A stretch of DNA of 45,817 bases. Source: an uncultured archaeon. Lineage in GTDB: Archaea > Asgardarchaeota > Lokiarchaeia > Sigyniarchaeales > SOKP01. How positions within the stretch are numbered: the stretch's first letter is position 1; every line of letters begins with the position of its first letter. Under the pieces are notes generated by a model. It saw nothing but the letters and a program-made list of their open reading frames with translations. It was not told where the DNA came from and did no database searches. Position numbers and translations under genes: made by a program. The stretch spans positions 1 to 45,817 of the forward strand of contig CAZDTP010000030.1 of the NCBI GenBank assembly GCA_964508365.1, given 5' to 3'. Below are positions 1 through 8,793 of this stretch, one piece after another.

Positions 1-169
1 CTAATCTAATTTTTCCAATATTAATAATAAAACGTAAAATTGTTTATATACTTTTTTGTGATCATATATCTTGAATAATATATGTGTTTAAAAAGATATA
101 GTTATATCCATAAATTAAGGACTCATTTATTAATTTCTTTAACCATATACTATTATAGGAACATTAGAT

Positions 170-958
170 ATGACCGAAAAAAATTGCCAAATTGTGCTCG
201 TAGGGCACACTTCCCATAAGTTAATCTTATCAATTGATAAAGAAATAACTCATAAACTCATTTTTATAACTGAAAGCGAACCTCTTCCAGGGACTCTTGA
301 AGCTACAAAAGTATTAGAGGAACTCAATGACTATTACAAGGACCGAAGAATTGAGGTGAAAAACGTAAAGTTTGATTTTCACATTCAAACTAAGCCTATC
401 GCGGAATTAATCCACCTAATCTATCAACAGAAACTCCAGAAATACGATGATATTACAATAAATATATCTGGCGGTTTGCGGTACATGGACATTTGGTTCT
501 ATATAGCGAGCTCGATTACAAATACTAGAGTAATCCACGGTGATTTTATTTATGAAAAAAATAAAGAGGTTGGAATTTACTCAAACGTTCAATTACAAAC
601 TATCCCGTTTCAGTCTCTTACAGATAAACAATTTGAGTTTATAGAACTATTTTTTAAAGAGTATAATAATTACAGCCAATTCTTTGACCCAGAATTATCT
701 TTTAACGAAAATCCGTTATTGAATCAAAGGATAACATATCAATCTTTAGAAGAATTAAAAGCCGCTATGGAAAAAGTAAGGAACGAGACGATTTCGAGAG
801 GTGCAATCAACGGTTTTATTCAAAAGTTATCTAGAATTACTGCGTTAAATGTGTATCCAAATCCAATTGATAAAAAAGAGAAATCCATCGAGATTAGCTA
901 TTTTGGTATCGCATATTTCCTCTATAGTTTATGGAGATTCAACCCCATGAGACGATAG
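170..958 (+). CDS. CARF domain + winged-HTH protein (Csa3/DUF6293-like putative transcription regulator)
   Basis: N-terminal Rossmann-like strand (IVLVGHT), CARF-type INISGGLR motif, then LTDKQFEFI helix and a C-terminal HTH/wing (ISRGAINGFIQKL...EISYFG). Confidence 0.7.
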   Translation: MTEKNCQIVLVGHTSHKLILSIDKEITHKLIFITESEPLPGTLEATKVLEELNDYYKDRRIEVKNVKFDFHIQTKPIAELIHLIYQQKLQKYDDITINISGGLRYMDIWFYIASSITNTRVIHGDFIYEKNKEVGIYSNVQLQTIPFQSLTDKQFEFIELFFKEYNNYSQFFDPELSFNENPLLNQRITYQSLEELKAAMEKVRNETISRGAINGFIQKLSRITALNVYPNPIDKKEKSIEISYFGIAYFLYSLWRFNPMRR

Positions 959-1008
959 CATTCTGACAGAAGATTTAGAAATTTAAACCTTTTATTAGCA
1001 GCTTATTT

Positions 1009-1155
1009 TTAGCTTTTAAATCCTTCAGCATCCAATCTTTCGTTACACAGTTTATCGCACTTTTGGACATAAGGATTTTTCCTTCCAACATGGAAAAACT
1101 CGACTTTATCGTATTTCTCGCTTAGCCTGTAGACTTCGCTGCAGAGTTTCGACAA
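1009..1155 (-). pseudogene. rnhA: 3' fragment (48 codons + stop) of a second RNase HI copy
   Basis: Ungapped match to 2949-3095 (22 mismatches in 147 nt by hand); translates LSKLCSEVYRLSEKYDKVEFFHVGRKNPYVQKCDKLCNERLDAEGFKS*; no start codon before the upstream in-frame TAG. Confidence 0.9.
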
Positions 1156-1221
1156 ATCTAATTCGAATTTTTTTTTCTTCTATTATTTTTATCTTAACAA
1201 TTTGAAATAGAAAAAATGTAA

Positions 1222-1875
1222 TTAAAATTGCTTTTTGTTAAAAACTAGGATTGTGAGTAACAGAGCTAGGATGCTTGTTACAGTACCGACGATTACAGTT
1301 AAGATAAATGGATCAAAAGGAAGCGAAACTCCAGATCGTAATTCTATTACTTCGGAAATTAATGGAATTACTAAAGTAAAGATACTGCTTGCTGCATTTC
1401 CCACGTAGATCGACAGTAAGGCGGAACCTGCTACTGATTTCATCAGAACTCCGAATAATGCTCCGAAGGAGCACGTGATCGCCAACGCAAAGAAAACGGT
1501 GCGAATTGAATTTTCAAGTTCGTTGGCGAAGAATTCTGGTGTTGTGACCTCCCTGATCGCGTCAATGATCATTCCTGTGAGGATTGATAACCACACAGCA
1601 GCGATCGTGCATATGTAGACCGCAACAAACTTCGCAATAATTATGTTGCGGCGCTTAACAGGTCGGATTAGGAAGAGATCGTACACATTTTTATTCATTT
1701 CGCTCGTGATACTTGTAGAAAGCATTATTGAACCAAGCGCTCCTGCAAGGCTCGTAGCTAGAACGGTTGTAAGATACGTTGCGGGAAAATCTTCCAATTG
1801 ACCTGTAATAATAGCCATTACTACAGCTAACACTGGCAACACAATGAAGAGGATGATTGTTATTTTTGATTTCAC
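1222..1875 (-). CDS. ABC-2 type transporter permease
   Basis: Multi-TM protein with LIRPVKRRNIIIAKF ABC-2 signature; directly downstream of an ABC ATPase; GTG start after AGGGGA. Confidence 0.85.
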   Translation of the reverse strand: MKSKITIILFIVLPVLAVVMAIITGQLEDFPATYLTTVLATSLAGALGSIMLSTSITSEMNKNVYDLFLIRPVKRRNIIIAKFVAVYICTIAAVWLSILTGMIIDAIREVTTPEFFANELENSIRTVFFALAITCSFGALFGVLMKSVAGSALLSIYVGNAASSIFTLVIPLISEVIELRSGVSLPFDPFILTVIVGTVTSILALLLTILVFNKKQF

Positions 1876-1907
1876 GTATCCCCTAAGTTCATCAATGAGA
1901 AGAATTG

Positions 1908-2882
1908 CTAGGCTAATCTGTGTTCACCTCCGATTAATTGGACATATACATCATCAAGGCTTGGTGTTACTAAGTTGAAATTATGTATTTTACATCCTTG
2001 CTCTACCAGAATGGAAAGCATTCGCGAGATTTTCTCGTCCAAATCTCCCCCTGATTTGAAATAAATTAATTGCCGTTTGTCTTCCGTAACTTCTACCTTT
2101 TCTACAATTTCTAGATTTTCGATGTCCTTCACCATCGGAGCGTCTTTAGAATAGTTAACCTCAACAACATCACCCATTGCAAGCCTGGATTCTTCCCTTA
2201 AATCTTTTGGGTTGCTAATCTTCGTAATTTCTCCGTGATTCAAAACCCCTAAAGTGTTGCAGATACCTTCGACATCGCTTAGGACATGGCTTGAAAAGAA
2301 CAATGTTTTTCCTCCATTCTTGGATATCTTTTGAAATACTTTTTTCAATTGGAATCTTGAGAGAGGATCTAATCCTGTCATTGGTTCGTCAAGAACGAGA
2401 ATTTCCGGATCGTGAAGCATGGCTTGAGCGAGCAATAGTTTTTGTTTCATACCTCCTGAAAGCTTACTGATTTTCTTCTTTCGAACATCCTCTAAGGTGA
2501 CAAGTTCTAATACATTAGGAATTTTTTCCTTAATCGATTTTGAATCCATTCCGGATAACCTACCAAATGTATGTAGTGCGTGTTCCACTGACCTCCATTC
2601 TTGAAAGCCTACATCTTGGGGAAGGTAACCAAGTATGCGGTGGAATCCGTGTTCCCCATAATCAATTGGTTTGCCATCTATGAAAATTGAGCCACTGTAT
2701 TTACGAATTAAACCGACTAATATTTTTATAGTAGTCGTCTTCCCAGCTCCGTTTGGTCCAACATAACCAAATATTTCGCCTTTTCGGATACTAAATGAAA
2801 TACCTTTTAGAGCCTGTACATCCTTATATGACTTTTCTATGTTTTTAAATTCAATAAAGGACTCAGTCAATTTTATTACCAT
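1908..2882 (-). CDS. ABC transporter ATP-binding protein (exporter type)
   Basis: Walker A GPNGAGKTT, signature LSGGMKQK, Walker B ILVLDEP, H-switch SSH. Confidence 0.95.
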   Translation of the reverse strand: MVIKLTESFIEFKNIEKSYKDVQALKGISFSIRKGEIFGYVGPNGAGKTTTIKILVGLIRKYSGSIFIDGKPIDYGEHGFHRILGYLPQDVGFQEWRSVEHALHTFGRLSGMDSKSIKEKIPNVLELVTLEDVRKKKISKLSGGMKQKLLLAQAMLHDPEILVLDEPMTGLDPLSRFQLKKVFQKISKNGGKTLFFSSHVLSDVEGICNTLGVLNHGEITKISNPKDLREESRLAMGDVVEVNYSKDAPMVKDIENLEIVEKVEVTEDKRQLIYFKSGGDLDEKISRMLSILVEQGCKIHNFNLVTPSLDDVYVQLIGGEHRLA

Positions 2883-2948
2883 AAATTTGATATGTAAATT
2901 GGGTAACTGAAAAAATGCCGTTAATTTAAAGTCTATGTTTTAAAAAAG

Positions 2949-3389
2949 TTAATTTTTAAATCCTTCCGCATCCAATCGTTCATTACACATTTTATCGCAT
3001 TTTTGGATGTAGGGATTATTCCTTCCGACGTGGAAAAACTCCACCTTTTCGTATTTCTCGCGCAGCTTATAGACTTCGCTGCACATTTTCGACAAGTGCG
3101 GATAGTTGATTTTCCACCTTTTATTTATTTGTTGTATTGCTAAGTTGCTATCAGAATACACTTGAATGTGCCCTCGTGAGAATTTTTCAGCGACTTTTAA
3201 TGCGTTGATTATAGCTTGATACTCGGCAGTGTTGTTTGTCGCAGTTCCGATAATAACACATTCATCGTGGACAACATTATCATTATGAACGAATAAAAAT
3301 GCGCTAGCAGCGAGCCCGGGATTGCCGCGTGAGGCACCATCCACATAAATTTTAAGTTTGTCTCCTTTTTTGACTGGACTTCCATCCAT
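2949..3389 (-). CDS. rnhA: Ribonuclease HI (archaeal/RT-like type)
   Basis: YVDGASRGNPG, TNNTAEY, YSDS and C-terminal CDKMCN motifs; catalytic D/E/D/D residues present. Confidence 0.93.
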   Translation of the reverse strand: MDGSPVKKGDKLKIYVDGASRGNPGLAASAFLFVHNDNVVHDECVIIGTATNNTAEYQAIINALKVAEKFSRGHIQVYSDSNLAIQQINKRWKINYPHLSKMCSEVYKLREKYEKVEFFHVGRNNPYIQKCDKMCNERLDAEGFKN

Positions 3390-3534
3390 ATTTTATAAGA
3401 GTGTCTTTTTTAATATAAATTTATAGCGCCCTTCTTCGTTTCGAAGATATCGGTCTTGATAAAAAGGTTAAGATTTAAAAGCTCAATATACCAAACAATG
3501 CTTATACTTTAAAAAATAGAGAGTTGGTGAAATT

Positions 3535-4047
3535 ATGGAACAAAATATTAATGCTAAATTTGACGAGAAGATTAAGGAATTGGAAGAGAAATTGCCTAAA
3601 ATGACCGTTGGCGTGAATTGTGCTGAATTGACATTGACAAATATTTTAGATGTGCTAGGAATCAAGGATGGAATTATTAATAATCTTATGATTCCATTAG
3701 CTGGCGGATTTGGAGGATATAAATCTGAGAAAGGATGGCAAGGTGCCTGTGGGGCTGTGTGTGGAGGTGTTGCTGCGTCAGGGGTAATTTTAGGAGGAAA
3801 AGAAAGGATGCCGAACGAGTCAATTCCAGTTGCGTATTTGAAAGGGGCGAAATTTGCGACAGATTTCGAAAAAGAGTTTGGCACAGTTGTATGTTCAGAG
3901 TTATGTGGCTATGATTTTAGTGATCCTAATGCTTTTATGGAATATGAGAAGAATAAAACTTGGGAAAAAACCTGCACTAAGTATGTTATATGGGCAGTTG
4001 ATAACATAAGAAAATTAATGCGCCAAGATTTAAGAAAAAAATGGTAA
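3535..4047 (+). CDS. C_GCAxxG_C_C family putative redox-active protein
   Basis: NCAE, GGFG, GACGAVCGG, GTVVCSEL and KTC motifs; GGTGA SD 4 nt before ATG. Confidence 0.85.
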   Translation: MEQNINAKFDEKIKELEEKLPKMTVGVNCAELTLTNILDVLGIKDGIINNLMIPLAGGFGGYKSEKGWQGACGAVCGGVAASGVILGGKERMPNESIPVAYLKGAKFATDFEKEFGTVVCSELCGYDFSDPNAFMEYEKNKTWEKTCTKYVIWAVDNIRKLMRQDLRKKW

Positions 4048-4082
4048 TCTTAAATTAGGTTTCTATTGCTAACTTGCTAACT

Positions 4083-4274
4083 TTATTTTTTCTTTAGTAG
4101 TAATATCAAAAGTAGGGCAATTCCAACCAAGAGGATAATAAGAGAGATTGGAATTATTTCAGATAATCCTTCCAATATTCCAATTTGAATGACTCCAAGA
4201 GTTCCAAGCGCGAAAAACAAGAAGCCGAAGAGCAAGATTATTTGTCCATTCGAGATTTTCCATTTGTTTTCTAT
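4083..4274 (-). CDS. Unannotated 63-aa two-TM membrane protein with apparent ATA start
   Basis: Open frame (I)ENKWKISNGQIILLFGFLFFALGTLGVIQIGILEGLSEIIPISLIILLVGIALLLILLLKKK*; AGGTGA SD 6 nt upstream of ATA; in-frame TGA just upstream. Confidence 0.65.
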   Translation of the reverse strand: MENKWKISNGQIILLFGFLFFALGTLGVIQIGILEGLSEIIPISLIILLVGIALLLILLLKKK

Positions 4275-4306
4275 ATTTTTTCACCTTTTCAATAATTTCT
4301 TACATT

Positions 4307-5260
4307 TCATAAATTAATCTTTTTAAAGATAGCAGGCCAAATTACAATTCCTATGACGAGTGTGATGATATAATGAAGGGCGTTCATCCAGTAAATGTCA
4401 GTATCAATTATCAAATAAATCACTAAGTAAACTATAGCGATTAATAATATACCGATAAGAATACGCAATATTACCTTCCACTTTTTATCAATGTTGTTAT
4501 TGGCATCGAAATTTACGAATTTCTCTTCAAGGGCGAATCCTATACCAAGGCCAATCATTTGCCCACCGGGGGATCCAAAATTATATTCAATTTGAAGAAA
4601 TATTTCGGTAAATAGCATTACAACCAATCCTAGTATTGCTAAGCCCAAATAGATAAGGATAATATTATGTCTGCTTGCAAAATTCTTGATTGGTGTCTCT
4701 AAAATCAAGACTACATCTAAAAGTATAATTCCAAACAGCCATCCAGTGAGTATATCACCAAACCAGTGAACTCCGAGATATAATCGTGATAATCCAACCA
4801 AAATAATAATAACTATGGATATTATCCACATGATAGCCCTTCTGCTCTTAAGTGCTATATATCCCCAGAAAGTACTCGAACTCTGAGCATGACCGCTCGG
4901 GGTACTTAAATGTGAAGCATCAATAAGGAGCCAATTTGATTCAGGAGGTCTTTCTCGTCCAATAATGCTTTTTGCGTAGAAATTGACACAATTTGATGCG
5001 ACATATACTATAAATAGATTCCTGGCTAAATTCTTGTTTACTCCCCAAAATAGTATAAAGAAGATAGCTAAATAAATCAGAGTTCCACCAAATTCAGTAA
5101 TAAATCGGAAAAAATAATCAGTGTTGACAAGAGTATCCCTGAGCATTTGATTCCAATAAAATTCAAAAAAAGCTGGTACCACTAGTATTATACCGATTGA
5201 AATTATACAAAGGATTCCGATAAGAAGCAGGATATATTTATACTGTTTATTTTTCTCCAT
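4307..5260 (-). CDS. PAP2 family membrane phosphatase
   Basis: KSIIGRERP, PSGHA and SRLYLGVHWFGD catalytic motifs; multiple TM segments. Confidence 0.92.
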   Translation of the reverse strand: MEKNKQYKYILLLIGILCIISIGIILVVPAFFEFYWNQMLRDTLVNTDYFFRFITEFGGTLIYLAIFFILFWGVNKNLARNLFIVYVASNCVNFYAKSIIGRERPPESNWLLIDASHLSTPSGHAQSSSTFWGYIALKSRRAIMWIISIVIIILVGLSRLYLGVHWFGDILTGWLFGIILLDVVLILETPIKNFASRHNIILIYLGLAILGLVVMLFTEIFLQIEYNFGSPGGQMIGLGIGFALEEKFVNFDANNNIDKKWKVILRILIGILLIAIVYLVIYLIIDTDIYWMNALHYIITLVIGIVIWPAIFKKINL

Positions 5261-5404
5261 TCTACATCGCTAATTTGATTTATGATATTCAATAAGAAGA
5301 TATTCAATATATAGTCTAATCTTTAGGTCCTAGAATACTTTAAGGTTTTTAGTTAATTAATTCTTCTTTACTATATTTAGTGTCTTTCATAATGATGATG
5401 AATA

Positions 5405-6142
5405 ATGACTGAAAAAGTATTATATATTGAGTTAAATCCTCAAGAATTTAGGGAAAGAATCTCGAAGGCTCCTATTGCTTATTTACCATTGGGAACTCTT
5501 GAATGGCATGGAAGACATATGCCTTTAGGAGCTGATGGTTTAATATCTTTAGGATTTTTTATTGAGCTGGCAAGAAAAGTTGGAGGGATTGTTCTTCCAA
5601 TGCTCTTCCTCGGACCGGACGATGTTGAACAACAAGGGGGAAGAGAGTACTATGGTATGGATATTCTGAGTTATCGAAAAAATCACCCCCAGCAATTGGA
5701 AGGAAGTGCCTATTGGGTGACAGAAGATTTTTTCAAACGAATTTTAGACGCTATTCTGACACAACTAAAAAGAGCAGGATTTAAAATAGTTGTTGCCCAT
5801 GGTCACGAGCCCTCTACGGTCTTATTTGCTAAAAATATTAAAAAGTGGAAAGAAGAACTAGGACTTATTTGTTTTACTTGTTGGAAACATGGTGAGCCAC
5901 CCAACATAGGATTGCAAACAGATCATGCTGCCGCAAACGAAACTGCTCTCATGATGGCGCTAAGACCTGAACTCGTAAATATAAAAAACCTTCCTAACGA
6001 CTTAAGTGAAAAGCCTCTTGGACTACTTGGTGAAGATCCACGCACACATGCTAGTTTTGAAGGGGGTAGAAGTATAATTGAGTTACAATTAAAAAATATG
6101 GAGAAATTACTAAAGAAAAGTTTAGAGAATCTCCAAATTTAG
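5405..6142 (+). CDS. Creatininase (creatinine amidohydrolase) family protein
   Basis: PLGTLEWHGRHMPLGAD, AHGH and DHAAANET metal-binding motifs. Confidence 0.9.
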   Translation: MTEKVLYIELNPQEFRERISKAPIAYLPLGTLEWHGRHMPLGADGLISLGFFIELARKVGGIVLPMLFLGPDDVEQQGGREYYGMDILSYRKNHPQQLEGSAYWVTEDFFKRILDAILTQLKRAGFKIVVAHGHEPSTVLFAKNIKKWKEELGLICFTCWKHGEPPNIGLQTDHAAANETALMMALRPELVNIKNLPNDLSEKPLGLLGEDPRTHASFEGGRSIIELQLKNMEKLLKKSLENLQI

Positions 6143-6168
6143 AATAAATTTAATTTTATACTTCTATG

Positions 6169-6196
6169 ATTTCCTACATTCATAGGAAATTTTTTC
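6169..6196. terminator. Hairpin plus T-tract between convergent genes
   Basis: ATTTCCTA-cattca-TAGGAAAT perfect 8-bp stem followed by a T run; lies between the convergent creatininase and GNAT stops. Confidence 0.5.
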
Positions 6197-6231
6197 CGTC
6201 CTTTTATTCCTCTTATGTTTAATTAAAATAA

Positions 6232-6852
6232 TTAATGAGCATAACGGAGGAGATACCACTGTTTAACATCAGTCTCGGGTATAATATCTTCTCTCATCAC
6301 CTCAAATCCAAACCGTTTATAGAAGTTCACATTTAATTCAGTAGAAGTCTCAAGAAATACGGGTAAAGGATTAGTATTATCAATTTTTTCAAGCATATAT
6401 TCCATCAACAGACTTCCATATCCCTTCCCTTGATGAACGGGTTCTACACCAAGCGTTTGCAGATACCAGTGATCAGCAGGAGCAAACTCTCGATGCATCT
6501 TAGAATTATATTCTTCTATTGGTTTAATTCGCTTAGAAGCTTGAATACCCATTTTATAGACTTTTGCTTTAAGCATACATCCTATGCTCATTTTTAGCTT
6601 ATAATCTTTATTAATAAATGGTAACCATACTGCTATGCCTTCCAAATTGGGAGAAGTCGCATGTGTCTCGCCGAATTTAACGCCCAAGCAACTTGTCATC
6701 TGAAAAACATATTTCATCACAGCATGCCTTTTTTCTGTGTTAGGTATATCATAAACTGAAATGGGATCATCCTTTAAAGCGCGACCCAAAACTTCACCAG
6801 CAGCTTTAATTTGAGTTTTATCTAACTTTATAATATCTTCTTTTGATATCAT
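6232..6852 (-). CDS. GNAT family N-acetyltransferase
   Basis: WYLQTLGVEPVHQGKGYGS acetyl-CoA motif A; FLETSTELNVNFYKRFGF motif B. Confidence 0.9.
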   Translation of the reverse strand: MISKEDIIKLDKTQIKAAGEVLGRALKDDPISVYDIPNTEKRHAVMKYVFQMTSCLGVKFGETHATSPNLEGIAVWLPFINKDYKLKMSIGCMLKAKVYKMGIQASKRIKPIEEYNSKMHREFAPADHWYLQTLGVEPVHQGKGYGSLLMEYMLEKIDNTNPLPVFLETSTELNVNFYKRFGFEVMREDIIPETDVKQWYLLRYAH

Positions 6853-7214
6853 ATGATTGAATTAGATTATTTCAATAAAAAGATATTTTAGACCAATATT
6901 AAATCATGTTTTTGATTTGATCCCACTAGTCTTTAAACTATAATCAAAATGCTTAATTTTAGAAAAATTCTTCTTTTTATGTAAAATGGAGTATAAGAGG
7001 ATTTTCTGAAATAGAACTTGAGAAAATTAAGCAAATAAAGGTTGGAAAGTGGGTAATGTGAGGAATTGAATTAAAAAAGATTGGAATATAATGGTTAATA
7101 AGGCACTCTGACGGTTTCTTACTTTTTCTGAATATAATTCAGAGTGTTATAAATTATTTAAAAAAGATTTTTATTCTGTAAAAAAAAAATAAAACTAATA
7201 AAATCTACAAAAAT

Positions 7215-8027
7215 GTGAAATATTTGAACGAAAAAAAAGAATCTAAAATAACTTTCTCTTATTTAAGACGATTCAACTTGATTATGGGCTTTTTACATTT
7301 AATCCAAGCCAGCATAATGATAATAATGTCTTATACAATACCTCAAATAAGGGATTTTGAGTTACCTATTACAACCTCTTACTTGTATTACAACGATCTC
7401 TTAATACCTCCAAGGTTGGTGCCTAACTACATTCAATTAACGACTGTTCCAATTGGACCATTAGTGGCTATGTTTTTACTTCTCTCAGCGATCGCTCATT
7501 TATTAATCGTATTACCCAAAGTCAATAACTTCTATAACAGAAAATTGGGAGAGGGGATTAACTACTTTAGATGGTTTGAATACGCCTTAAGTTCCTCCTT
7601 GATGATAGTTTTAATTGCGTGGTTTTTCGGAGTTTACGATCTTTCCTCTTTAATTTTAATTTTTTGTATCAACGCTACAATGAATCTTTTAGGTTTGATG
7701 ATGGAACTTCATAATCAAACAACACAGAAAACGAATTGGACATCGTTTTACATAGGAACATTTGCAGGTCTTATTCCATGGGTAATAATTCTTCTTTATC
7801 TATTTGGCAACGGGAATATTACCGAGATTCCATGGTTTGTTTGGGCGATTTTTGGATCTTACATATTATTCTTCAATACTTTCCCGATTAATATGATCCT
7901 TCAATATAAAAAAATAGGGAAATGGAAGGATTATTTGCATGGAGAAAGAGGATATATTCTACTCAGTTTGTGGTCTAAAACTCTTCTAGCATGGTTGGTC
8001 TTTGCAGGAGTATTACAACCAGCATAA
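7215..8027 (+). CDS. Heliorhodopsin
   Basis: 7 TM; TM1 His (MGFLHLIQA), TM2 His (SAIAH), RWFEYALSSSLM counterion motif, GKWKDYLHGERGY, retinal Lys in LSLWSKTLLAW; start may be the TTG at 7224 after GTGA. Confidence 0.93.
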   Translation: MKYLNEKKESKITFSYLRRFNLIMGFLHLIQASIMIIMSYTIPQIRDFELPITTSYLYYNDLLIPPRLVPNYIQLTTVPIGPLVAMFLLLSAIAHLLIVLPKVNNFYNRKLGEGINYFRWFEYALSSSLMIVLIAWFFGVYDLSSLILIFCINATMNLLGLMMELHNQTTQKTNWTSFYIGTFAGLIPWVIILLYLFGNGNITEIPWFVWAIFGSYILFFNTFPINMILQYKKIGKWKDYLHGERGYILLSLWSKTLLAWLVFAGVLQPA

Positions 8028-8142
8028 TTTAAACTCTTTTTTTTTTATTTGTTTTATGTAAAAACTTGTATTTTTATAGTATAATTTAATATTTCATAAG
8101 AAAATGGTTTTAACTTCTTGTTATAATATTAAATATGTAATA

Positions 8143-8607
8143 ATGACATATTTAAATCCTGATAAATTACAAGTTGTCTATAAAGACTCGGTTGATGAAG
8201 TCACCCTTAAATTACCTCGCAAATACACATTGACTCATTCTGATTCAACAGGAGATCTTTTTCTTACAATAGGATCCGAATATGATTTTGAACAGATTTC
8301 AAGCCTCTATACTCGCTTTATGAGGGATGAAGTTTTAGCTGAATGGCAAATGAATAATGATCTTTACGAATTACATCTATATATGCATGTCAGCGGAGGT
8401 TTTTGCTTTGGTTGGGCAAGTTTACGAAACAGAATCTTTTGCTATCATTTACCACTCGTCCTTGAAGCATTTATATATGCAGACAAGAAACTTATTGAGA
8501 AAATGCCAGAACTCGAAAACTCTCAGATTATCGTACATTTTCAATCTAAGAATAAGAAATACGACAGAATCGAGAATCATGGAAAAATTAAAGAGTTTTC
8601 TTGTTAA
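8143..8607 (+). CDS. Staygreen (SGR) family protein, Mg-dechelatase homolog
   Basis: PRKYTLTHSDSTGDLFLTIG, RDEVLAEW and LHLYMHVSGG motifs; ORF open from 8104, ATG 8143 more likely. Confidence 0.88.
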   Translation: MTYLNPDKLQVVYKDSVDEVTLKLPRKYTLTHSDSTGDLFLTIGSEYDFEQISSLYTRFMRDEVLAEWQMNNDLYELHLYMHVSGGFCFGWASLRNRIFCYHLPLVLEAFIYADKKLIEKMPELENSQIIVHFQSKNKKYDRIENHGKIKEFSC

Positions 8608-8793
8608 GAATTATAAATTCTTTACCCTTTAGGATTAACTTTTATAATTATCAAGTTTTGAAAAAAAAATTTTTTACTTAATTTGAATCGTGATTAATTG
8701 GATTAAGAAAGAAATATAAATCAATTATAAGGATAAAAGTTAAAAAATACTGTACTTAATTCACTTAGTAATTAATGCAAAAAGGAATTCGTT

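Noticed and set aside
5284-5309. GATATTCAATA direct repeat between the divergent PAP2 and creatininase genes
   Set aside because: Only two short AT-rich copies and no other instance noticed; could be an operator but indistinguishable from chance
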